Positions 1 through 12,186 of a stretch of DNA of 50,838 nt are shown in pieces; the stretch's first letter is position 1, and the number at the start of each line of letters is the position of its first letter. The DNA comes from Octopus bimaculoides (taxonomy: Eukaryota). Location of the stretch: positions 57,638,788 through 57,689,625 of the forward strand of contig NC_068995.1 in the NCBI RefSeq assembly GCF_001194135.2, in the 5' to 3' direction. Both the position numbers and the translations under genes were made by a program. The notes beneath the pieces were generated by a model. That model was not told the DNA's origin. It worked only from the letters and a program-made list of their open reading frames with translations, and searched no databases.

Positions 1-1931
1 TATATATATATATATATATCTATATATAATGTTAGTATGTATGTATGTATGTATGTATGTATGTATGTATGTATTACTACGAGGAAATCTCACCGAAATT
101 TCGGATGAGAAAGCGAAGAATTAAGTGTATAGCAATCAAAATCAAGATGGCAGCCACTAAAACAAGATGGTCGTAACTTAGTTAGAAATTGGGTTTGTAA
201 TTGTTTGGCACGACATTGTTATTTAGTTTCGTCAGATAATCGATCAGTTTAAAGAGAAAGTTGTTAGAAGAAGGAACTATTCTAATGGACGTATTCTTCA
301 TTCCAATTTACGCACTATTGTATCGTGTAAGAAATTCCATCAACCCTTTCTTCTTTCTTTCTTTTCTTTATTTCTTTCTTTCTTTCTTTCTTTCTTTCCT
401 TCCTTCCTTCCTTCCTATTTTCTTTCTTTCTTTTCTTTTTTTAAATCCCCTTTCATTTTTCTTTCAATATTTGGCTTGTGTGTAGGTTAGCGTCTTTTAT
501 TTCGAACCAAATCGTGACATTCTATCCTGCTCTCCAGATGCCGCGGCTGCTGCTACTGCTATTGCTTCTGCTATTGCTGCTGGTGTGGCTACTGCTACCG
601 TTGGTGGTGTGCCGTTGGTGTTGTGAACGACAAACAATAAGTTTATATACAAACCACGGTTTATAATCATTCAANNNNNNNNNNNNNNNNNNNNNNNNNN
701 NNNNNNNNNNNNNNNNNNNNNNNNNNNNNNNNNNNNNNNNNNNNNNNNNNNNNNNNNNNNNNNNNNNNNNNNNNNNNNNNNNNNNNNNNNNNNNNNNNNN
801 NNNNNNNNNNNNNNNNNNNNNNNNNNNNNNNNNNNNNNNNNNNNNNNNNNNNNNNNNNNNNNNNNNNNNNNNNNNNNNNNNNNNNNNNNNNNNNNNNNNN
901 NNNNNNNNNNNNNNNNNNNNNNNNNNNNNNNNNNNNNNNNNNNNNNNNNNNNNNNNNNNNNNNNNNNNNNNNNNNNNNNNNNNNNNNNNNNNNNNNNNNN
1001 NNNNNNNNNNNNNNNNNNNNNNNNNNNNNNNNNNNNNNNNNNNNNNNNNNNNNNNNNNNNNNNNNNNNTATATATATATATATATATCGTATATATTTGT
1101 ATACAGATGGCGACGATGATGATCACATCTTTCATTCGTTTGTGAGTTGTGACTTAATTCTGTAATTTCCGATGTCACTCTGCGTGCTCCATGCACACTA
1201 CATGCGCACCACATGTTATCACCACATGCTAGTCAGACTTATACAACGTTATTAGGTAACCCGAACGTTTAATGTTGTCTTAAAAATGAAGAAAGAAAAA
1301 ACTATCATCCATCAATTCACACTTCTTAAGGTTTCTTCCCTTGTTGCTGTGACTTGTTGTTTTTGTTGTTGTTGCTGTTGCTGGAGATGATATCGAAGCT
1401 GTTTCATTTTATACCAACATAGCATGAGTTGAGTTACTTGTTTAAGAAATGTCATTGCAATTTGCTCGTGTCACATGGTATTTCTTCGACATTTTTAAAT
1501 AGTATTTTTTTTTTAAATGTACTAACGAAAACAAAAAAACAAAAAGAAATTAAAAACGAAAACAGAATTAAAACACCCCTTCCCACCTCAGTAAGAACAC
1601 TCCTGCCCCACCCCCGTCCCTACTTCAAACCTCCAAACATACTCTGTTTACTGTGCATGACGTCATCTAATGCCGACTTCATTCACTCCCTTCCCACCTG
1701 TCGTGTCTCAATCATTCTATAATTCCGTGAAACGTTATGCTTGATGATCTCTACGGAACTGATTAGTTCGTCACGTGTCATTACTTCCGGATCCGCTGAA
1801 ATTTCACTTCCGTGTCAATTAAGGTCACACCGAATTCTTTTTCTCTGACACTTTTTAACATTTACTCCTAGATATGCTGGTACTGTGCTGACAATTATTT
1901 CAACTACCTCTTTCACTGCATACAATTAACA

Positions 1932-2140
1932 GGCGGAGAGCTAGCAAAATTGTTAGGCCGTCTAGCACATATATGCTTAGCAGCACTTCTTTCGAATCAT
2001 TACGTTCTGAGTTCGAATTACACTGAGATCAGCTTTTACTATCATGCTTTCCGGGTCGATAAAATAAAGTAGCAGTCAAGTACAGGAGTCGTTGTAATCA
2101 ATTCATCCTCCGCTCCCCTAAAATTTGCAGCATTTTGTGG
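1932..2140 (+). mobile_element. tRNA-derived SINE, family A (decayed)
   Basis: Head GGCGGAGAGCTAGCAAAATTGTTAG, B-box-like GTTCTGAGTTCGAATT, central CATGCTTTCCGGGTCGATAAAATAAAGTAGCAG; same architecture as about 10 other copies in the window. Confidence 0.8.
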
Positions 2141-2773
2141 GATTTCAGTCATCTACACGCCATGGAAACGGGAAACCGGACTCAATAGTCTTAAAGCTTA
2201 AAAAAAAAACTCAGCCCTTAAGTCAGTAACGGAGTCTCTTGGTTAGAATTAGAGACCCAATCTCCTTCAACTCAAATCATAGTTCATCGCCTTAAAAACC
2301 AAAGGACACAATGGACAATGGATCAACCGAACATCCAACAAGCCTAAAACTTTTTGAATTTCGGATACAGTCCACCCAGCTACTCAGTTTCCTTTGCGAA
2401 GCATGATTCGGACCGTGAATAGAGTAAAGGTAAAGTCATTTGATCAAAATACCACGCAGTGAGCTTTGTTAACTACGCAGTCACGTCTGCGTTCATATAT
2501 TTGCGATAATAGACGCTTCCGTTGATGTCGACGAATGAAAGTCGAATTAGTGTATCAAGTAGCTGAGTATTCCACAGAGAAGTGTGACCAGATGGGATCT
2601 ATGAATTACAGTCGGTACATGTGATTCCTCATAGTTTCCACCCACCCCCACTTTCATTCGCAAGACATGGGTGCAACTGAGACTATAGTAAAATCATATG
2701 GTCGGGATGCCATGCACACGCATTGAACTCATGTCCCCATAATTGCGAAATGAACTCGCTAGTGTCACAGCCG

Positions 2774-2775
<2 letters not shown>

Positions 2776-2851
<76 letters not shown>

Positions 2852-2897
2852 GTTATTGTTATTGTTATTGTTATTGTTGTTGTTGTTGTTGTTGTTG

Positions 2898-2937
<40 letters not shown>

Positions 2938-2957
2938 CATTATTATTATTATTATTA
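2776..2957. repeat. Compound triplet microsatellite (CAT)n-(TAT)n-(TATTGT)n-(TGT)n-(TAT)n
   Basis: Read directly from the sequence. Confidence 0.97.
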
Positions 2958-2958
2958 A

Positions 2959-3139
2959 GGCAACATACTCGTAGAATCGTTAGCATGCTAAACGAAATTA
3001 TTAGCGGTATTTCGCCTGTTGCTACGTTCTGAGTTCGAATTCCGCCGAGGTCGATTTTGCCTGGGGTTGATGTAATTGACTTATCGCCTCCCCCAAAAAA
3101 ATTTCAGGCCTTGTGCCTTTAGTAGAAAGGATTATTATT
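2959..3139 (+). mobile_element. SINE family A, internally deleted
   Basis: GTAGAATCGTTAGC head and GTTCTGAGTTCGAATTCCGCCGAGGTCGATTTTGCC joined directly to TGGGGTTGATGTAATTGAC (central domain missing); 3' end CAGGCCTTGTGCCTTTAGTAGAAAGGATTATTATT. Confidence 0.85.
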
Positions 3140-4029
3140 GTTGTTTTTGTTATCATCAATTGTTTTCGTTTTGATGTTGTTGTACCTTTAGGTGCAAAGC
3201 TACTTTTGTAAACACTAACAATAAATTGAAACGAATTAGACTAAATTGAATTGATTTGAAGTATTATTGTAGTTGCTAGGTTATTTATGTATCTGTTTAT
3301 TTATTTTGTAGCGAAAAGTACGTAGAATCGATCCTGGCAAGATTTTGAAGTCCTCTTGAAATAACAGAAGAAAATTGCTTCTCAGCTGTGAAAAAAAAAG
3401 ACATCGAAGTAATGAAGTATAAGTGAAAACAGACGTTGCAACATTGTCACTTCCATTGGAGATCAAATGTAAAGCTACAAAACTTACAAAGCTACAAAGC
3501 GATCATTGACTTAGTCATTCATAAAACACACACACATACACACACACACACACACACATATATAAATGGATATACACACGCACGCAAACAGCAGATATCG
3601 AATGTTATTATCTGACATACGTATCACATTCTTGCATCACAGCTCAGACTGGCATAAACTGTATATTTCTGCTAAATTGATTTCCTTTGATAAGACATTA
3701 TACCAGGTATAGTGGGTGGTGCATGGCGATGAGGGTTTTTGAAGAACGAAATCTAGAGACTCAGTAAAATACTGGTATAATGGTGAGTTTATTAAACCTG
3801 GCGTAATGAAAGGAGGCAAACGACACAAGCGACTTTAATCACGTGACTTGCTTCTTCACAAGATACTTTTAAGTATACACACATACATGTGGAGACGCGC
3901 GGGGGTATATTTAGTTCATATATGATGTATAATAAATAATTATAGTCACATGAGGGCATTTAACCATTTACAAAGTGAAGTAGGACTACACTTGGGAACC
4001 ACGTTCATTCAAGTTTCTACAGAATTCCT

Positions 4030-4048
4030 TGTGTGTGTGTGTGTGTGT

Positions 4049-4114
<66 letters not shown>
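4030..4114. repeat. (GT)n microsatellite running into an assembly gap
   Basis: Read directly; representative of dozens of (GT/CA)n, (TA)n, (CT)n and (TATG)n tracts in the window. Confidence 0.97.
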
Positions 4115-6081
4115 NNNNNNNNNNNNNNNNNNNNNNNNNNNNNNNNNNNNNNNNNNNNNNNNNNNNNNNNNNNNNNNNNNNNNNNNNNNNNNNNNNNNNN
4201 NNNNNNNNNNNNNNNNNNNNNNNNNNNNNNNNNNNNNNNNNNNNNNNNNNNNNNNNNNNNNNNNNNNNNNNNNNNNNNNNNNNNNNNNNNNNNNNNNNNN
4301 NNNNNNNNNNNNNNNNNNNNNNNNNNNNNNNNNNNNNNNNNNNNNNNNNNNNNNNNNNNNNNNNNNNNNNNNNNNNNNNNNNNNNNNNNNNNNNNNNNNN
4401 NNNNNNNNNNNNNNNNNNNNNNNNNNNNNNNNNNNNNNNNNNNNNNNNNNNNNNNNNNNNNNNNNNNNNNNNNNNNNNNNNNNNNNNNNNNNNNNNNNNN
4501 NNNNNNNNNNNNNNNNAGACCAAAGAAGGTGCACACACATTATGATGAAGAAAACGTATAAAATAGAAACGTCAAAATGTTGGGTTTTTTTACGTACATA
4601 AATTTTGAGAAATTAAAACAAGTCTAACTTTTTAACACAAGAGGAGAATGATTTGGTTCTGTGTTTATATGGGTGAAATCCACAGACTGTTTTTGTATCA
4701 TAATTCAACTGAAATAATACTGGAATATGTATTCTTAACGTGAGTTTGACATGTGTAATTTATATAAACATATATATATGTATCATATAACAGAAGTGAG
4801 AGGGTTGGAAGGGGACACGCGTGTATGTGTGTGTCTGTTTGTTTCCCCACTACCGCTTGACAACCGCTGTTGGCGCGTTTGCGTCCCAGTATATAACTGA
4901 AACAAGTAAAATTAAACGATAATTAAGCCACAGATATACAGACGATGAAAAGATCGGTCGGCCACCGACAAAATGGCAGCTGTGGTGCGCATGACTGAAA
5001 CGACCGACAGTGGAAACGGATGGTAAGCCTGGCCATCGCAGATTTAGCAGACACATCCACTACGACTTCTTGTGGCAATGTCATTACGTATTTACATACG
5101 TATATAAATGTGTGTGTGTGTGTGTGTGTGTGATTGGTACTGTTTTAGTTATTTTAATCCTTGGGAGCCGGTCAGTGTTTGTTAGAGTCATCCGTTGTTT
5201 GCTTGTCAGTCTGATTGAGTTGATAGGATTATAAAACATGCATACGCAAACAAACACACTGCCACACATAAATACACACACCGACACACATACACATATA
5301 CACATATACATAATATATATATATANNNNNNNNNNNNNNNNNNNNNNNNNNNNNNNNNNNNNNNNNNNNNNNNNNNNNNNNNNNNNNNNNNNNNNNNNNN
5401 NNNNNNNNNNNNNNNNNNNNNNNNNNNNNNNNNNNNNNNNNNNNNNNNNNNNNNNNNNNNNNNNNNNNNNNNNNNNNNNNNNNNNNNNNNNNNNNNNNNN
5501 NNNNNNNNNNNNNNNNNNNNNNNNNNNNNNNNNNNNNNNNNNNNNNNNNNNNNNNNNNNNNNNNNNNNNNNNNNNNNNNNNNNNNNNNNNNNNNNNNNNN
5601 NNNNNNNNNNNNNNNNNNNNNNNNNNNNNNNNNNNNNNNNNNNNNNNNNNNNNNNNNNNNNNNNNNNNNNNNNNNNNNNNNNNNNNNNNNNNNNNNNNNN
5701 NNNNNNNNNNNNNNNNNNNNNNNNNNNNNNNNNNNNNNNNNNNNNNNNNNNNNNNNNNNNNNNNNNNNNNNNNNNNNNNNNNNNNNNNNNNNNNNNNNNN
5801 NNNNNNNNNNNNNNNNNNNNNNNNNNNNNNNNNNNNNNNNNNNNNNNNNNNNNNNNNNNNNNNNNNNNNNNNNNNNNNNNNNNNNNNNNNNNNNNNNNNN
5901 NNNNNNNNNNNNNNNNNNNNNNNNNNNNNNNNNNNNNNNNNNNNNNNNNNNNNNNNNNNNNNNNNNNNNNNNNNNNNNNNNNNNNNNNNNNNNNNNNNNN
6001 NNNNNNNNNNNNNNNNNNNNNNNNNNNNNNNNNNNNNATACATGTATATGTATGAATAAATATGATACATATATATATATA

Positions 6082-6117
<36 letters not shown>

Positions 6118-6143
6118 ATATATATATACATATATATATGTGT

Positions 6144-6182
<39 letters not shown>

Positions 6183-6609
6183 TGTGTATATGTATGTATG
6201 TATGTGCGTGTGTGTGTATGTACCTGTATGTATGTATGTATACTTTTTTGTTTCGATGTCTGTTCTATGGAGCAAGAATAACTGAAATAGTTTACCTGGC
6301 ACAACTAAACCGGGAAACCAATCAAAGCACTTGTTACAATTTATAGCAAGAAACACGCATACAGATCAATATGCGTGCGCTCACACACATACATAGACAT
6401 ACACACACACACGTCTGTATATGTGTATGTATGTGTGTATGTACATTTGCACATGTGTACGTGAATATGCGCTTATAGTCATCAAATTTAACTCTAAACG
6501 TCAATGTCAAATAGGCTATCTTCAAGAGAGTTTCTCTGCATTCCTGTACGTACATATGTAAGTGAGAGTGTGTTTGTATGCATCTCTGTCTCGGTCTGTC
6601 TCTCCTCCC

Positions 6610-6667
<58 letters not shown>

Positions 6668-6901
6668 NNNNNNNNNNNNNNNNNNNNNNNNNNNNNNNNN
6701 NNNNNNNNNNNNNNNNNNNNNNNNNNNNNNNNNNNNNNNNNNNNNNNNNNNNNNNNNNNNNNNNNNNNNNNNNNNNNNNNNNNNNNNNNNNNNNNNNNNN
6801 NNNNNNNNNNNNNNNNNNNNNNNNNNNNNNNNNNNNNNNNNNNNNNNNNNNNNNNNNNNNNNNNNNNNNNNNNNNNNNNNNNNNNNNNNNNNNNNNNNNN
6901 N

Positions 6902-6950
<49 letters not shown>

Positions 6951-6988
6951 ACACACACAGAGTAAGAGAGGGAGAACTTAAGTCAGAG

Positions 6989-7043
6989 GAAACGGCGCTA
7001 AGCATTTCGTCCCGCGTGCGAGCGATTCTGATAGTTCGCCGCT
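6989..7043 (-). mobile_element. SINE family A head fragment
   Basis: Reverse complement reads GCGGCGAACTATCAGAATCGCTCGCACGCGGGACGAAATGCTTAGCG. Confidence 0.75.
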
Positions 7044-7073
7044 TTTCAAAGTTTAATAATATTATTCAAATAA

Positions 7074-7260
7074 GGTGGTAAACAGGCAGAATCGTTGCCG
7101 CACCTAAAAAGTTGCTTAGCGGAATTTTGAGTTCAAACGCTGCTGGGATCGACTTTGTCTTTCATTGTTTTGGAATCGATAAAATAAATACCAGTTGATG
7201 TAATCGACTTATCCCTCCTCCAAACTTGCTGGCCTTGTGCCAAGACTTGAAACCAGTTAT
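7074..7260 (+). mobile_element. SINE family A
   Basis: GGCAGAATCGTT...TGAGTTCAAA...GACTTTGTCTTTCATTGTTTTGGAATCGATAAAATAAATACCAG...GCTGGCCTTGTGCCAAGACTTGAAACC. Confidence 0.85.
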
Positions 7261-7751
7261 ACTCTAACCGCAACCCTTACGACTATATGTATCTGTGTCG
7301 ATTGAAGGACAGAACAGAAAGAATAGCGTTTTATGTTTACATTCAAATTGCGTCTATTGTGAATATCAGTGAAAAGTAGAAAAGTAATTAGTTTGTTTCA
7401 TGAATTGTTAATTATTATTTCTAATACGAATTGTTATTTATTTTAGTTTAGCAATTAACCCTTTCAGACTTGAATTATTTCTTTATGGTGGTGAAAAAAT
7501 GCTTTAGTTATTGAACAATAGACCATGCACTGAATTGATAATTACTGTATAATATATGACGTGTAAAAATATACAGATAACGGGGAGAATTTTGAAAAAT
7601 TACCATTTGGAGGCTATCTTGTATAAATTTACACCTGATGTATTACATGGCGACTCGGAATTGGTTATTGATTTTAGGCTATGTATAAGGAAGTGCAAAA
7701 TGTCGGACGACAGATAGCGGAGAGAATTTTGAAAAATTACCAATTAGAAGC

Positions 7752-7900
7752 GTTGGTTCTGAGTTCAAATATCGCCAATGTCGGCTTTGTCTTTCATCCT
7801 TTCTGAGTCGATAAAAAAAAGGACCAGTTGAGCACTGGTATCAATGTAATCAACTCCCCTAAGACTATATGACCCTCTGCTAAAATTTGAAGTTATTATT
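7752..7900 (+). mobile_element. SINE family A, 5'-truncated
   Basis: GTTCTGAGTTCAAAT...CTTTCATCCTTTCTGAGTCGATAAAA...ACCAGTTGAGCACTGG. Confidence 0.8.
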
Positions 7901-7902
7901 AC

Positions 7903-8250
7903 ATGAATTCTCCGAATTCTAAACTTCTGGCATTCGAAGTTTCCATGAGAAACATCTCTATTTGCTGTTTAGCTAACATTATAGAATACGTGAACGGAAA
8001 AAATGTGGCTGAGAGCTGAGCGATAATTTGTAAAATTTGTCAACTTTTACTAGTAAATCTGGCAACATCTGTTTCATCGGAACGAATACTTTCTCTAGCA
8101 AAACAATTAAAAATGTGTCTTCGATCAAGATGGCACACAGGAGATGAAATTCTCTAGCTACAGTTTACTAGCGGACGGACAAAATAAATCTGATTGTAAT
8201 TGCTGTAGAATTGGTTTGCTGAAAATAAGAGCGGCAAAAGAATTTCCACA
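7903..8250 (+). pseudogene. hAT-family transposase C-terminal (dimerisation domain) relic
   Basis: Hand translation from 7903 gives ...FEVSMRNISICCLANIIEYV...*AIICKICQLLLVNLATSVSSERILSLAKQLKMCLRS..., then after a frameshift TDKINLIVIAVELVC. Matches the hAT Dimer_Tnp pattern (CxLLLVxPATSxxxERSFSxxxxLKTWLRS). Stop at 8017-8019. Confidence 0.75.
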
Positions 8251-8712
8251 GACTCCGACTGGAGGCATAGAAACAATAAAGTTTTATAATTACAAATATC
8301 TCTCTGAGAATAACATTCTATAATTCAAACCTTATTCTACGCTCGTTACAAGTTTTAATCAGCTTATATTCACATAGAATTTGCCATTTTTCCACGCATG
8401 CGGTTACAGTCGATAGCATTTTAAGATTAGTTTACGTTACAGAAATTGCTAGAAAAGAAAAAACTGGGCGTTGGCAACCATTTTGGTCATACTCACTGCA
8501 AGCTAACACTAAATTTATTAACCACCCTGCACTGAATAACAGGTCTGCGCGCGACACATGCACACACGCGCGCGCATCTATCTATACATACACCACACAC
8601 ACATATAAGCATGAATGTATGTATGTATGTACATATGAGTGTATATGAGTGTGTATGCACAAGTACATATATGCATGTAAATATATATATATGTGAGTAT
8701 ATATATATTGTA

Positions 8713-8750
<38 letters not shown>

Positions 8751-9191
8751 GTGTGTGTGTGTGTGTGTGTACGCAATATACAATTATTAACCCGAATTTC
8801 TTTTTGTGACTGTTTAAAGTAACGAACCACACCCAAATGTTTGGCCGAATGTTTTTTCATGAGAAATACCTTCATGTTAAGTGCTTCTCACAAATCGATT
8901 TTGCCGACCGGTTGACAGATGGTCAACTTATAGCAGAGGACTGTAGAATAACATATGAAAAGCTTTATTCTTCTGTATTCACGCATGAAAGAAAGAAAAA
9001 AACAAACTCAAATTAGTAATCAATTTATTGAGTCATAATAAATACATTACTGCGTACTAACTTAACACTGAGATCTTTAAGTTGCATTTACTTGTTCTAA
9101 AGAAGATTTTACATATGTTTGAGCGTGTGTACACACGCACACACATAAATGCATGTGTATAGATATATGTATGCAATGCATGTGTACATGT

Positions 9192-9382
9192 GTTTGATCC
9201 AAACTCGGTTAGCAACTGGTGTTGGTTTGTTTATATCCGTCTTTTGGCGAAAGAGACCGAGAGTTGAAGTATCGGATTTAAAAATAAGTATTGGAGTCGA
9301 TCTGTTCGATTAAATCTCTAAAGGCGATGCCCCAACATGGCCGCAGTCCAATAATTAAAAGGAAAGGTAAAATATAAAAGAT
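9192..9382 (+). mobile_element. SINE 3' module (tail T), decayed
   Basis: GCAACTGGTGTTGGTTTGTTTA...GAAAGAGACCGA...AATAAGTATTGGAGTCGATCTGTTCGATTAAA...GGCGATGCCCCAACATGGCCGCAGTCCAAT. Confidence 0.75.
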
Positions 9383-9412
9383 GTGTGTGTGTGTCTGTGT
9401 GTCTGCGTGGAT

Positions 9413-9545
9413 GGTCGCAGGCATGATGGAGTGGGTTAAAAATTCGCTTCGTTACCATGAGGTGTGGGTTTCGATGTCACTATCTGGCATATAATTTTTG
9501 TGAGTCTAACCGAATAATCGGAAACTATGTAGAACCCCAGCGGAT
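9413..9545 (+). mobile_element. SINE family B head (very decayed)
   Basis: GGTCGCAGGCATGATGGAGTGGGTTAAAAATTCGCTTCGTTACCATGAGG...TTGTGAGT...GGAAACT resembles the better copies at 35265-35428 and 48678-48758. Confidence 0.45.
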
Positions 9546-9693
9546 AGATTGTACCTGCAATTCACTCTATCATACTGAATTTACACCTGAATAATATTTT
9601 TTAAATAATAATAAATACGTTTTCCACAAAAATTATTGAATAATCCTTCCGTCAAATATAAATTTTTTTTTTTTTATTATAATTCGTTATGAA

Positions 9694-9880
9694 GGCGACG
9701 AGCGGGCAGAGACGATAGCACTCCGGTCAAAATGCTTAGCGATATTTCGTTCGTCTTTACGTTCTGATTTTATATTCCACCGAGTTCGACTTTTTCCTAT
9801 CATCCTTCCAGGGTTGATAAAATAAGCACCACTCAAGTACTGGGGTCGATGTAATCGACTTATCCCCTCCCCTCAAAAAC
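9694..9880 (+). mobile_element. SINE family A
   Basis: GGCGACGAGCGGGCAGAGACGATAGC...TCATCCTTCCAGGGTTGATAAAATAAGCACC...TACTGGGGTCGATGTAATCGACTTATCCCCTCCCC. Confidence 0.85.
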
Positions 9881-10644
9881 GGCTTATGTTTGTATGTTTG
9901 TATGTTTTGGATGGAAAATATTTACCTTTCTTCAGATCGAGGATACTTCAATGTGTGCAGCGATCAAATGTATCTGTCATATGCAATGGTTCCTCTTTAA
10001 AATACAGGCTCGTCATCTTCGATCAATTCGGCGGCGAAAAGTTTTCGTGTAATTACCTGATTCAAATCGAGACCATTATACAATACGATTCATCAATTCC
10101 TTTAAACGAGCAAAGATTTTCATCAGATAAAGAAAAGCTATTCAGCGTCTGAAATTCCATCTGATGCAGAACTGCCCGGTTTTTAGAGTGGTGGAAACAC
10201 GTATGGGACAAATAGTTTTACATTTTAGCGCTTATCTAGTTGCAATAAGTAAATGTTTCTATGTTTATGTTTCGATTCGAACACATTATTGATGCAAATA
10301 TAATTTCCCTTAAAATATATATTTTTTTACATTTGTAATAATGATTTTTCTGAGAATCGAAACTACTCTATAAGACATAAAAGAATGAGAAAACTCTTTA
10401 AATACGATCTAGGTTCATTTTATCACCGGCTTATTAACTTGCTCAAGCAAAACTAACGTAAGAGAATTGACTTGTCGCTTATAAATCTAAGGCAGTTGCT
10501 TTATCGTCTAATTAAGACGATGACGAAGAAGAGAGAAGAACACTAAACACAAGAAAGAGGAGAAAGAATCCTTTACAAGTGAATGATCCGCTGTGTGTGT
10601 GTATGGGGTGATTACATGCATAGCTATCTATCTATCTATATATG

Positions 10645-10687
<43 letters not shown>

Positions 10688-11160
10688 TGAGCAACGAGAG
10701 TGAGAGAGAGAGAGAAAGAGAAAAAGGAGGGGGAGAGAGACAGATAGAAAACGGTGAAGGAGGGAGGGGGGGAAAAGGGTATTATAAAAGGATGGAGGAA
10801 GAAAAAAGTATAGAGTAGAGTGTTGCTTCAAAAAGATAAACTTAATTGGAAATGGTTGCGTCGCGTTCAATTAAACAATAAATAATAAATAATAAATATA
10901 ATTATTCAACCACTCACAAAACAGTCACCTGCATAATTTTAGTTCTATACAATAAGTTCTTCAAAAAAAAAAAAAATCTATCATCTGCTCCCAATTCCGA
11001 ACTGCATCTTATTTATGTCAGTGGCCAGATCGTAAGGTGTCTAACAGAAGCTTTTTAACACTTTCTAGCGCCCGATATCGTTAAGTAGCAAATTAATGTA
11101 AATACAACTCAGTTTATGTAAATGACATGGGTTAACGTGACTCTTCCGCAGTGTAACGGT

Positions 11161-11428
11161 TTTAGCCCTGAGCGCTGCATCATTTGCATGATATGGAGAA
11201 TGTACAACCAACATTGCCTGAACGACCTTAACGTCAGATTCAGAATTCATCCGACACAATTCAGGCTCACAACGCATAAATCCACTGAAACACAATTTCG
11301 TTTCCGCAACAAGTCCGGCTTTGTTTAACATTTTCCCAAAACCAATCAAAAGAAAAGGTCTCAGCATCTTCAAGCGAAATCTGGACAAATTCCTTCAAGC
11401 GATACCAGATAAGCTACCTATAGCTGGA
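11161..11428 (+). pseudogene. LINE ORF2 C-terminal fragment (CR1/L2-group-like, clade not assigned)
   Basis: SPERCIICMIWRMYNQHCLNDLNVRFRIHP, frameshift, then LKHNFVSATSPALFNIFPKPIKRKGLSIFKRNLDKFLQAIPDKLPIAG; matches the post-RT pattern SLxRRRERYxIxxxWK...GPxLFNxLP...FKxxLDxFLxxIPDxP. Confidence 0.75.
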
Positions 11429-11774
11429 CAAGAAGAAGGAGGAGGAGGAGGAAGAGGAGGAGGAAGAGGAGGNNNNNNNNNNAGGAGGAGGAAGAGGAGG
11501 AGGAAGAGGAGGAAATGATACGCGTTTGACCTTCATTCTGGTCAAAAGGGATAAGCATCCCTGTGTTGTACATCCATTAATGTTATATCGACTGAAGAAA
11601 TGAATCTATGAAGATGATCAACCCACGGGTACTACGGACTACACTGTAATCATCCCAGAAATACGGACTTGGATCTTAAGAAACATGTGATTTGTCGAAA
11701 CGCGCGTAGCGATGCATTATTGTTATTATATATATATATATATATATATATAAGATCTTTGGCGATAAACCATG

Positions 11775-11895
11775 CTTGTGTAAAACTGTCAAGCCAAGTG
11801 AGACCGTAGTCGTGACCGATGCCGGTGTCAAGTCATTGGCACCCGTGCCGGTGGCCCGTAAAATCATCCACTACACTCTCGGGGTGGTTGGCATC
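11775..11895 (+). mobile_element. Interspersed repeat fragment, unclassified
   Basis: GCCAAGTGAGACCGTAGTCGTGACCGATGCCGGTGTC...CACCCGTGCCGGTGGC...CCACTACACTCTCGGGGTGGTTGGC resembles a recalled octopus non-LTR repeat; single copy here. Confidence 0.35.
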
Positions 11896-12143
11896 TGTAT
11901 GGAGATTAGAGGACAACTGAGGATACGTGTTTCTGCTTCAACAGCCGCCATCAGAGCGACAATTGTCCAGCCTTGCAGCCTGTAGCCAAGGAACTTAAAT
12001 TTATTCAAAAAAGTGTAGAAAACATTTATGGCCCAGGTGATTTGCACAATTTAAACTCAGGACGGCCAATGTGTGTGTGTATGTATGTGTGTGTGTGTGT
12101 GTGTGTATGTATGTGTGTGTGTGTGTGCGTGTACACATATATA

Positions 12144-12186
<43 letters not shown>

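Noticed and set aside
4540-4580. TATGATGAAG...GAAACGTC hammerhead-like string
   Set aside because: C3 missing, stem II cannot pair, stem I out of register.
4973-5028. AAAATG start with MAAVVRMTETTDSGNG and a GTAAGC donor
   Set aside because: Only 50 nt, contains ATGACTGAAAC identical to SINE tail T and lies beside SINE debris (4850-4915); no downstream exon identified.
11945-12036. AG/GT-bounded open segment RHQSDNCPALQPVAKELKFIQKSVENIYGP
   Set aside because: Weak donor (GTGATT), 92 nt, adjacent to a repeat fragment, no recognisable homology.
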